DNA from: Paludibacteraceae bacterium
Lineage (GTDB): Bacteria; Bacteroidota; Bacteroidia; Bacteroidales; Paludibacteraceae
Assembly (NCBI GenBank): GCA_024400115.1
Contig: JAKSNF010000015.1
Coordinates: forward strand, 13,158 to 53,157
DNA: 40,000 bases
Direction of reading: 5' to 3'
A program made the position numbers and the translations under genes. The number at the start of each line of letters is the position of its first letter. Within the stretch, counting starts at the first letter, position 1. This document shows, in pieces, positions 17,087 through 24,290 of the stretch. The notes beneath the pieces are model-generated. The model did no database searches. It saw only the letters and a program-made list of their open reading frames with translations, and was not told where the DNA came from.

Positions 17087-17979
17087 TGAGTACGTTCTTG
17101 CTCATATTATTTACCCTAATGTCTTACAATGTGGAGAACTTCTTCCACCCCGAACACGATTCCTTAAAGAACGATTATGAGTTTACGGTCGATGGCACTC
17201 GCCATTGGTCTTATACTCGTTATAACGCCAAAGCAGAAGCAATTGCGCGTGTTATCGTTAATGCCGGCGAACTCAATAACCCACCGACCCTCGTAGGTTT
17301 ATGCGAGGTAGAGAACGAGGCGTGCTGCAAGAAACTGACTTATCTGCTCCGTAATTGTCAATACGATTATGTTCATTACGAGAGTCCCGACGAGCGAGGC
17401 ATTGATGTGGCTATGCTGTATCGAAAGGAGCAGTTTGAGGTACTTTCTTCGCGACCGGTGAGGGTGTGGCTTGATTCGCTTACGCACACGCGCGATATAT
17501 TATATGTAAAAGGAGTAGTCAATAAAAGCGATACCCTTCATCTGATGGTCTGTCACTTGCCCAGTCAATTAGGCGGCACACAAGCCTCTGCGTGGAAGCG
17601 TGCCGCAGCGAAGAAAGTGATACAAGGTCTGACGGATAGTATTTACACTATCCATCCGCAAGCCAAGATTATAGTGATGGGCGATATGAACGGCGAACCC
17701 ACGAACGATATACAAGGGCTAACCAACGCGATGGTTGGAACCAAGATGATGAGTTATAAATACAAAGGTCTTTGGTCGTGTATCGATCAGTTTTACCTCT
17801 CGCCTGCTATAGATAGTACTGCCACAGTTCGCGTCTTTGACGCTGATTGGTTACAAGAGGAAGACACCAAATACTTGGGTCTTAAACCTAAACGTACTTG
17901 GGTGGGGTATAGATATCAAAAAGGTGGCTTTTCAGACCACCTTCCTATATTACTCTACACCCTAAACTCTACACTCTAA
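17086..17979 (+). CDS. Endonuclease/exonuclease/phosphatase (EEP) family protein
   Basis: 297-aa ORF. The ATG shares one base with the sufS stop (TAATG). Motifs SYNVENFF, GLCEVEN, GDMNG and FSDHLPI are present. The last codons and the stop lie in a heptamer tract. Confidence 0.82.
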   Translation: MSTFLLILFTLMSYNVENFFHPEHDSLKNDYEFTVDGTRHWSYTRYNAKAEAIARVIVNAGELNNPPTLVGLCEVENEACCKKLTYLLRNCQYDYVHYESPDERGIDVAMLYRKEQFEVLSSRPVRVWLDSLTHTRDILYVKGVVNKSDTLHLMVCHLPSQLGGTQASAWKRAAAKKVIQGLTDSIYTIHPQAKIIVMGDMNGEPTNDIQGLTNAMVGTKMMSYKYKGLWSCIDQFYLSPAIDSTATVRVFDADWLQEEDTKYLGLKPKRTWVGYRYQKGGFSDHLPILLYTLNSTL

Positions 17980-17982
17980 ACT
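17953..17982. repeat. Heptamer tract CTCTACA CCCTAAA CTCTACA CTCTAAA CT (reverse complement of the GTTTAGA family)
   Basis: It covers the last codons (YTLNSTL) and the TAA of the EEP gene, and also the stop of the convergent COG0523 gene. Confidence 0.9.
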
Positions 17983-19150
17983 ATTCGAGGCACTTATCCA
18001 ACGCTGCCGTAATCGCCTCTTTATCCAAGTGTTGACCGATAAAGACGAGTTTCTGCATTCGGTCGCCATAATAGTCATCCCAGTCGGCTCTGAGGTGTGG
18101 GTCGTGCGCCATCATTCGTTTCAGTTCTTCTTTAGGCATGGTCGCAAACCACCTTCCGGCATCAGACATCTTAATCTGCTTGCCCGCCTGCTCAAAGAGG
18201 TAACAATTATCGTATTCCTCTGTGAAATAAACCATTCCTTTGGCACGAATAACGCCTTTAGGCCAGTGACGCGCCACAAACTCGTCAAATAAACCGAGAT
18301 TCATCGGCTGACGACGATAATAAACAAACGTCCCTATTCCGTATTCATCCGCCTCACCTTCCTCTTCGTTTTCCAATTCGTCATGGTCGTGGTGGTGATG
18401 TTCTTCGTGTCGGTCTTCTATTTCTTCTATCCAAGCGGCACTACCGGCTACTTCGTCAAAATCGAACATACCCGTTCCAATGATACGGTCTAAATCGAAA
18501 TCGCAGTAGTCACACTCGATGATAGCGGCATTGGGTTGTAAGGTACGGATAATCGCTTTTAATCGACCTAACTCATCAGCACTGACTTCACTCACTTTAT
18601 TGAGCACAATGATATTACAGAACTCTATCTGCTGAATAAGCAGATTCTCTATATCGTCTTCTTCCAGATTGGGTTTTTGCAACCCTTCACCACACTTGAA
18701 CTCGTCGCGCATTCGGAGGGCATCTACCACCGTAGTGATACAGTCTAATTTAGGTAGTCCGTCCGTGGCGTATTGCGGAGCCATCGTGGGGATAGAACAT
18801 ATCGTTTGGGCAATCGGAGCGGGTTCGCATATACCGCTCGCCTCAATAACGATATAGTCAAAACAACCCTGTGCCACAAGGTCGTGCAGTTGTTTGACAA
18901 GATCCATCTTGAGGGTGCAGCAGATACAACCGTTCTGCAAAGCCACTAAACTCTCGTCTTGGGAATTAACGACACCGCCTTTTTGTATTAGTTCGGCATC
19001 GATATTAACTTCGCCAAGGTCATTGACTATAACCGCAAAGCGAATACCCTTGCGGTTGGTGAGTATCTTATTCACTAATGTGGTCTTACCACTTCCTAAA
19101 TATCCCGTCAAAAGAAGAACGGGCACTTCATCTATCTTATTATACATCAT
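17981..19150 (-). CDS. COG0523-family (CobW/ZigA/YeiR-like) metallochaperone GTPase
   Basis: 389-aa ORF with P-loop GYLGSGKTTL, a CxCC motif (NGCICCT), and a His-rich stretch (HEEHHHHDHDE) before the C-terminal CobW_C-like domain. Confidence 0.88.
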   Translation of the reverse strand: MMYNKIDEVPVLLLTGYLGSGKTTLVNKILTNRKGIRFAVIVNDLGEVNIDAELIQKGGVVNSQDESLVALQNGCICCTLKMDLVKQLHDLVAQGCFDYIVIEASGICEPAPIAQTICSIPTMAPQYATDGLPKLDCITTVVDALRMRDEFKCGEGLQKPNLEEDDIENLLIQQIEFCNIIVLNKVSEVSADELGRLKAIIRTLQPNAAIIECDYCDFDLDRIIGTGMFDFDEVAGSAAWIEEIEDRHEEHHHHDHDELENEEEGEADEYGIGTFVYYRRQPMNLGLFDEFVARHWPKGVIRAKGMVYFTEEYDNCYLFEQAGKQIKMSDAGRWFATMPKEELKRMMAHDPHLRADWDDYYGDRMQKLVFIGQHLDKEAITAALDKCLE

Positions 19151-19168
19151 ACATTAAACATTATACAT
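19141..19168. repeat. Heptamer tract TATACAT CATACAT TAAACAT TATACAT
   Basis: It covers the NlpC/P60 stop (19161-19163) and the COG0523 ATG-ATG start (19150-19145). Confidence 0.9.
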
Positions 19169-20012
19169 ATCTCCTAATTCCTGCTAAATGATGGGTATAT
19201 CTCCCTAATTCCGCGGAATAAATACCGTGTTCGTCTATTTTCTCTACTTTCACTCGTCCCGAGGCGTGAATAATACGCTCCTTGTCCAGCAATATACCTA
19301 CATGAATAATCTTCGTTTTGCTTGGGTCTTCATTTGCATGGTCAAAGAAAGCCAAATCGCCGCATTGTGCATCCTCGAGTGCTATTTCCTTTATCCCTTG
19401 TCCTTGTTCCTTGTTCATTTGTCCGAGTATCTGTTGTCTCGCCATGCGTGGCAGTCTGATTCCAAAGAGCGAGTATATTGTTTGTGAGAAGCCTGAACAG
19501 TCGATGCCAAGGGCGTTCTTACCTCCCCAGAGGTAGGGGGTGTTGATAAAGAAGCGAACGGTGTTCAGTATATTCTCTTCGGTCATTGCCATCGGTTTCT
19601 CCTGAACCATCTGTGGGTCAATGCGGAAACGCACTCCCAACAAAGAGAACTCTCCGTCTTTGTAGTTAGGCAGTCTCGTTCCGGCAGTAAGAGGAATCGT
19701 CTGACCATTATTCTCACTTACGGCATAAGCCATCGGCATACGCACGCGAGCGCCTTGCATGGTTGAGGTCTGCTCTTTTATTTCTTCCCACTCTTGGTCA
19801 CTAAGGATAGTGAGCATCTTCGTATCCACATAACCTTCTTCTCCGTCATCATCAATGCGGATATGTGTCCATTTACCTGTAGCCAGTAGCCTGTAGCCAG
19901 TAGCCTCAATTATCTCGCACGTTTGTGCAAAGATCATTTGTGTCTCTTGTTCAGCCTCCTCCGCCGGATTCACCCTTACGGGGATAACACTATGTAATGC
20001 AATTCCTTTCAT
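19161..20012 (-). CDS. NlpC/P60 (C40) cell-wall peptidase with an SH3-like N-terminal region
   Basis: Track ORF 19161..20123. I use the ATG at 20012 (MKGIALHS) because the consensus promoter at 20093-20124 lies inside the longer ORF. Catalytic context PYLWGGKNALGIDCSGF and IIHVGI...IIHAS is present. Confidence 0.85.
   Translation of the reverse strand: MKGIALHSVIPVRVNPAEEAEQETQMIFAQTCEIIEATGYRLLATGKWTHIRIDDDGEEGYVDTKMLTILSDQEWEEIKEQTSTMQGARVRMPMAYAVSENNGQTIPLTAGTRLPNYKDGEFSLLGVRFRIDPQMVQEKPMAMTEENILNTVRFFINTPYLWGGKNALGIDCSGFSQTIYSLFGIRLPRMARQQILGQMNKEQGQGIKEIALEDAQCGDLAFFDHANEDPSKTKIIHVGILLDKERIIHASGRVKVEKIDEHGIYSAELGRYTHHLAGIRRYV
19395..19422. repeat. Heptamer tract CCCTTGT CCTTGTT CCTTGTT CATTTGT, inside the NlpC/P60 CDS
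   Basis: Translated on the minus strand as QMNKEQGQG. It lies between the catalytic Cys and His regions. Confidence 0.85.
19876..19903. repeat. Heptamer tract (CCTGTAG CCAGTAG) x2, inside the NlpC/P60 CDS
   Basis: Four units. Translated on the minus strand as ATGYRLLATG. Confidence 0.95.
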
Positions 20013-20092
20013 TGTCTTGTTATTTTTCACTTTGTTTTTGACATTTCTTAGCCAACGGGCACGATTAACTTCGTTTTTCGAAAAACTGACTG

Positions 20093-20124
20093 CAAAATTA
20101 CAGTTTTTTTCTGATATATGCAAA
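20093..20124 (-). promoter_or_regulatory. Bacteroidetes-type promoter for the NlpC/P60 / COG0523 operon
   Basis: On the minus strand: TTTG (20124-20121), a 20-nt spacer, then TAATTTTG (20100-20093). Confidence 0.75.
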
Positions 20125-20508
20125 TTTATTTATTGATTTTATGCTATTTCTTTCGTGTTGAGGTTGTGTTTTTGCTGTGTTTTTGAGCCGAGGGTCGGCC
20201 GAGGGTCACTCGACACTCTCTCGAGGGTCTTGCTCCCCTAACCGTCCGGTAACCCTCCGATGCGGGTATAATCAAGATATACTGATGACACACTGATTAA
20301 TCACGCGGAAAAGACAACGCAAGTACCTTACAGTCATAGCGTTAGCCTATGATGCTGTGCGGGTGCTACGTTAGTGGTAAGTTTACAGGAGCACTACAAG
20401 CAGTACTTACCCCCCTTGTTCCGAATTTTCACGGACAGAATTCCGTTTGTCCGCGTCAACAAAAATAGGACGATGTCAACTTTTTTAGGAAAGTGTCAAC
20501 GAATGCGG

Positions 20509-20551
20509 AAAAGGCAAACACAACCATCGCAACCCCGAGAGGTTGCGATGG
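20509..20551 (-). terminator. Intrinsic terminator candidate downstream of the LRR gene
   Basis: CCATCGCAACC-ccgaga-GGTTGCGATGG forms an 11-bp stem (20524-20551). On the minus strand it is followed by TTGTGTTTGCCTTTT. Confidence 0.6.
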
Positions 20552-20602
20552 AAGATATATCTGTCACCCTTCCCTTTAGGGAGGGGATGTGGGTAGGCTT
20601 AT

Positions 20603-22120
20603 TTATTTTACCTTTTGCCCCATGGGTGTGTAAGTAGCGTTATTGGTCTCTATGAGCAGTTGCCCATTGCGGAGCACTTTGTGCATTGTGCATCGTGCAT
20701 CGTGCACCGACTCTAAGCCTGTTCCACCTGTAGTGCTGAAGTTGCCCTTGTGTTCCGCAAGCGTCTGTCCATCGGCATCGGTAGCGGTCACGTTGTAGTT
20801 GTAGGCAGTACCGGGGTTAAGACCTGTTACCGTAAACTGATAACCTTGTGCAGTAAGCGTTGCTGCCGGTGCTTGGTGTGCGCCATCAGCAGCAGGAGCC
20901 TTGAAGGCGATGTTTACCAACTGTCCTTGGGCATTGAAAGTCAGCACACAAACCGTCTCGCCGTTCTTTGTGATGGTGATCGTGTAGGTGTCTGTGCCAT
21001 CGGTAATCGGCCAAGTGATAGTGACATCTTGGTCGGAGGGAGTAACAATAGGATTCTCATCATCCATAGGTGTAACTTCTGCTGCAATAGGATATAGTTG
21101 CATATTCTTCCAATAATTGGCACTTTGATAATCTGCTAAGGCAGAAGCAGGGACATACACTTTGGCATCTTGACTTATGTTTTTGAAAACATCATAACCA
21201 CATGCTGGTGGAATAATGGCATAACAAGTAATAGATTTTAAACTGGAACAATAATCAAAAGCATATCTTCCAATCGTTGTGACGGAATTTGGAATTGTGA
21301 CCGAGGTCAATCTGTAGCAACTTTCGAAAGCATAACCTCCAATCGTTGTGACGGCATTGCCGATTGTTACAGAAGTTAAACCGGAGCAATGAGAGAAAGC
21401 CCAACTTTCAATCGTTGTGACGGAATTGGGGATGGTTATCGAAGTCAAACCGGAACAATTATAGAAAGCAGCGTTTCCAATTGTTGTGACGGAGTTAGGA
21501 ATGGTGATGGAGGTTAAACGAGAGCAACCAGAGAAAGCCCAGTTTCCAATCGAAGTGACGGAATTAGGAATGGTAACCGAGGTCAAACCAGTACAACCTT
21601 CGAAAACACTCTCTCCAATCGTTGTGACGGAATTGGGAATGGTGACAGAGGTCAAACCGGAGCAACCATAGAAAGCATACTCTCCAATCGTTGTGACGGA
21701 ATTGGGAATAGTGACCGAGGTCAAATTGGAGCATTTATAGAAAGCATAATCTCCAATCGTTGTGACGGCATTGCCGATTGTTACAGAAGTTAAACCGGAG
21801 CAATGAGAGAAAGCCCAACTTTCAATCGTTGTGACGGAATTGGGGATGGTTATCGAAGTCAAACCGGAACAATTATAGAAAGCAGAGTTTCCAATTGTTG
21901 TGACGGAGTAGGTTGTGCTATTGTAAGTAACAGTTTCAGGAATAACGACAGAGCCGAAGTATTCTTTTTCGTAAGACGAGTAAGAAATTCCTCGATATGT
22001 TACTTCTGCCGTCAAATTGGCAGAGTTAAGATTATAATAGATGCCACCGATTTTACAATCGTAAGCAAACAAAGTTGCTGCGCACGTGAGCGCAAAGAGA
22101 AATGTAAATAGTTTTTTCAT
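20603..22120 (-). CDS. BspA-type leucine-rich-repeat surface protein
   Basis: 505-aa ORF with a signal peptide. It has about ten 23-aa repeats (LTSVTIPNSVTTIGxxAFxxCSG), then an Ig/Fn3-like segment and a C-terminal beta-strand tail (KVLRNGQLLIETNNATYTPMGQKVK). That tail may be a secretion or sorting domain. Confidence 0.85.
   Translation of the reverse strand: MKKLFTFLFALTCAATLFAYDCKIGGIYYNLNSANLTAEVTYRGISYSSYEKEYFGSVVIPETVTYNSTTYSVTTIGNSAFYNCSGLTSITIPNSVTTIESWAFSHCSGLTSVTIGNAVTTIGDYAFYKCSNLTSVTIPNSVTTIGEYAFYGCSGLTSVTIPNSVTTIGESVFEGCTGLTSVTIPNSVTSIGNWAFSGCSRLTSITIPNSVTTIGNAAFYNCSGLTSITIPNSVTTIESWAFSHCSGLTSVTIGNAVTTIGGYAFESCYRLTSVTIPNSVTTIGRYAFDYCSSLKSITCYAIIPPACGYDVFKNISQDAKVYVPASALADYQSANYWKNMQLYPIAAEVTPMDDENPIVTPSDQDVTITWPITDGTDTYTITITKNGETVCVLTFNAQGQLVNIAFKAPAADGAHQAPAATLTAQGYQFTVTGLNPGTAYNYNVTATDADGQTLAEHKGNFSTTGGTGLESVHDARCTMHKVLRNGQLLIETNNATYTPMGQKVK
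20681..20708. repeat. Heptamer tract GTGCATT GTGCATC GTGCATC GTGCACC, inside the LRR protein C-terminal region
   Basis: Four units. Translated on the minus strand as VHDARCTMH. Confidence 0.95.
21337..21885. repeat. LRR-coding 69-bp tandem array containing a perfect 135-bp duplication
   Basis: 21337-21471 and 21751-21885 are identical when read base by base. The offset is 414 bp, or 6 x 69 bp. The surrounding 69-bp units are diverged. Confidence 0.9.
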
Positions 22121-22152
22121 AAATTAATACCCTATAGGTCACGGGCGCACCT

Positions 22153-22935
22153 TTAAAACTGATTATGTTTTTCTAAAATATGAGAGGGGTGTATTTTGCC
22201 TTTTAAAAATGAATATTTTTCTAAATCTGTAATAATTCTCTGTTGGTCATATTTATTTATATAAGGTGATAAGCGAATACTATGAATGAGATTTTTAGAT
22301 AGGATATTTAAATGAACAAAATCCTTTGTTGTATCTATGCAAAGACGAACTTCTTGTTCTTGTCGATAAGCATAGTATTTCCAAAAAATCCATTGTTCAG
22401 GATTTGATATCATTTTTTCTTTATCATACAGAACTTCGCTCAACCACATTGCGTCTTTATTGGATTTAATAGAATTAACAAGGTCTTCCACTGTTGTTTC
22501 AATTCTACAGGTCTCTCCATATTGCGCTTTTCCTGTTCCGTAATGATCCCATTCTAGAATATCTTCATCACAATCTCCAGAATTATTTCCATTTGTCCAG
22601 CAAGAAATACAAGAATTATGTGCAATTTCCCTTAATTTAGATAGATAATGAAACGTCTCATCATTTCTTTTTTCATCTTGTTTATTATACGTACATGGCA
22701 AAAATATACCGAAACGATATTTTAAGTTCTCTAACATTCCTTGTTCTCTTACATCTGAAAATAATGCCCGATTATTTACATACAGTGTATTAGATTCTAA
22801 TAAGTCGTATAAATACTTAACTTGCATGTAATGATATATCTTTTGATTGCGCTTTTCCCATAATTTTTGACGAACATGCACGTTTTCAATGGCATAATCG
22901 TCTTTAAATAATGTTCCCAAGGTATCCGTTTCCAT
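22153..22935 (-). CDS. Hypothetical protein, DUF2971-like
   Basis: 260-aa ORF that is AT-rich by eye. The pattern KIYHYMQVKYLYDLLESNTLYVNNRALFSDVRE ... ISCWT ... EVLY resembles the DUF2971 signature as I remember it. It lies 32 nt upstream of the LRR gene on the same strand. Confidence 0.5.
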   Translation of the reverse strand: METDTLGTLFKDDYAIENVHVRQKLWEKRNQKIYHYMQVKYLYDLLESNTLYVNNRALFSDVREQGMLENLKYRFGIFLPCTYNKQDEKRNDETFHYLSKLREIAHNSCISCWTNGNNSGDCDEDILEWDHYGTGKAQYGETCRIETTVEDLVNSIKSNKDAMWLSEVLYDKEKMISNPEQWIFWKYYAYRQEQEVRLCIDTTKDFVHLNILSKNLIHSIRLSPYINKYDQQRIITDLEKYSFLKGKIHPSHILEKHNQF

Positions 22936-23355
22936 AAGCTTTTACCCTCATTCGTGTCGGGCACAACTTCTATTTCGCTCGTGAATCCCGCCAAACGGTG
23001 ATACAAAAAGAAAAGCGTGGAACTCTTACCTTTGTCATTCCAACTTTCGAGGTCCTCGCATGACCCACTCAAAAGAACGACAACGCAGAATCTCACGCTG
23101 TGTATATAAACCACAGCGCGAGACAAGATAAAGTCGCAACGTGGGAAACATATACACCCATGAGCATCTACATCTGTCTTGTTCTTGTTTGAGTTTAAAC
23201 TTGCGAGGTTTGAAAGTTCAAGAACAAGCGTCAGTAAACGCTTTTATGTCTGCTCACCCACTCCGATGGGACTGTGCCGCATATGCGCAGACACCCTCAG
23301 CGTGAGTTTGCTTTTAATTTCTCACTTTTTAAAGTTGTGTGAGGCAACTATAATC

Positions 23356-23928
23356 TTACATTGACACCGAAGCTAAGTCAAATAGCATTGGTATCGTATC
23401 TTCTGGATTATCAGACGGGGTCGCAATCATTGGGACAAAACCATTGTCCTGATAAAAGTGTATTGTACGTTCATTATTCATCGCATCTACAGTCAAGTAT
23501 CGGCAGCCGAATTGTCCCATTGTTGCGTACTGATACTTGAGACCATTAATGATTAACTTCCCTAAATGAACTTCACAATGATTGGCACTTTGGAAATCTT
23601 TATCAACAGCTAATCGTCCTATTTTAATTGAAGGAAAACTCGTATAACGATAATCTGATTTCTTCTTTAATCGATTGCGTACAGAACGACGAATAGGATC
23701 GACTTTTGTGTCTATACGATCTGCCAGTACACAATAATATGCCAAAATACGATTTTTATGTAAAAGCACAAATGTTACATTCATGCGCTTTTCTAAATCA
23801 TTCAACGCATTTTCTTGTAAGAAACCATTCAATTCAGCAATTCCGCAATCAAATGACGAAACATCAATCGAACCATCCAATTTTCGTAGGATGATTTCCG
23901 AACTCTTTATTGGTTGTTCTTCACTCAT
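23356..23928 (-). CDS. GNAT-family acetyltransferase, TacT/AtaT/KacT-like toxin candidate
   Basis: Track ORF 23356..23967. The ATG at 23928 (MSEEQPIK) overlaps the upstream small ORF stop as ATGA. The GNAT core reads IGRLAVDKDFQ...GCRYLTVDAMNNERTIHFYQDNGF. Confidence 0.75.
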   Translation of the reverse strand: MSEEQPIKSSEIILRKLDGSIDVSSFDCGIAELNGFLQENALNDLEKRMNVTFVLLHKNRILAYYCVLADRIDTKVDPIRRSVRNRLKKKSDYRYTSFPSIKIGRLAVDKDFQSANHCEVHLGKLIINGLKYQYATMGQFGCRYLTVDAMNNERTIHFYQDNGFVPMIATPSDNPEDTIPMLFDLASVSM

Positions 23929-24077
23929 TGGGCCATTTGCTGCATCATCTGATAAGCAGACTTGCATGCCATAAATTCTTCGTGAGAAATAGGATTTACA
24001 GGAGCATAAGCTCTGTTTAGGAAGTTTTCGGCATCCTTACCCGTGAGAGTTGGTGTTGTTGCGATTGGCTTTGCCAT
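23925..24077 (-). CDS. Small putative antitoxin (50 aa)
   Basis: This ORF is not in the track because it is short. My manual translation gives MAKPIATTPTLTGKDAENFLNRAYAPVNPISHEEFMACKSAYQMMQQMAQ. It has a 4-nt ATGA overlap with the GNAT gene and a consensus promoter 58 nt upstream. Confidence 0.55.
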   Translation of the reverse strand: MAKPIATTPTLTGKDAENFLNRAYAPVNPISHEEFMACKSAYQMMQQMAQ

Positions 24078-24134
24078 AATAACTATTTTTTAATTTCTTA
24101 GCCACAAGGGCACGATTAATTTCATTTTGCGCTG

Positions 24135-24166
24135 CAAAATTACAACTTTTTTTTGATATGTGCAAA
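24135..24166 (-). promoter_or_regulatory. Bacteroidetes-type promoter for the antitoxin/GNAT operon
   Basis: On the minus strand: TTTG (24166-24163), a 20-nt spacer, then TAATTTTG (24142-24135). Confidence 0.75.
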
Positions 24167-24290
24167 TATAAATGCACTTTTCTGATGTGAACCCCGAAGT
24201 TTAGACAAAAAAACAGTGAATTTGATTATGAAAAACTCAATTGAAGAACCCAATAAGGAGATTCTCTGTTAATATTATCAACTGACAATC

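Noticed and set aside
20374-20637. An 87-aa plus-strand ORF in the non-coding region left of the LRR gene.
   Set aside because: It runs through the LRR terminator hairpin and into the LRR coding region on the opposite strand. It has no promoter, starts on GTG, and has no recognisable motifs.
22797-23126. A 109-aa minus-strand ORF containing NDKGKSSTLF (Walker-A-like).
   Set aside because: It overlaps the start of the DUF2971-like gene out of frame, has no promoter, and the P-loop lacks its leading Gly. At best it is a decayed gene fragment, so it is mentioned only as context.
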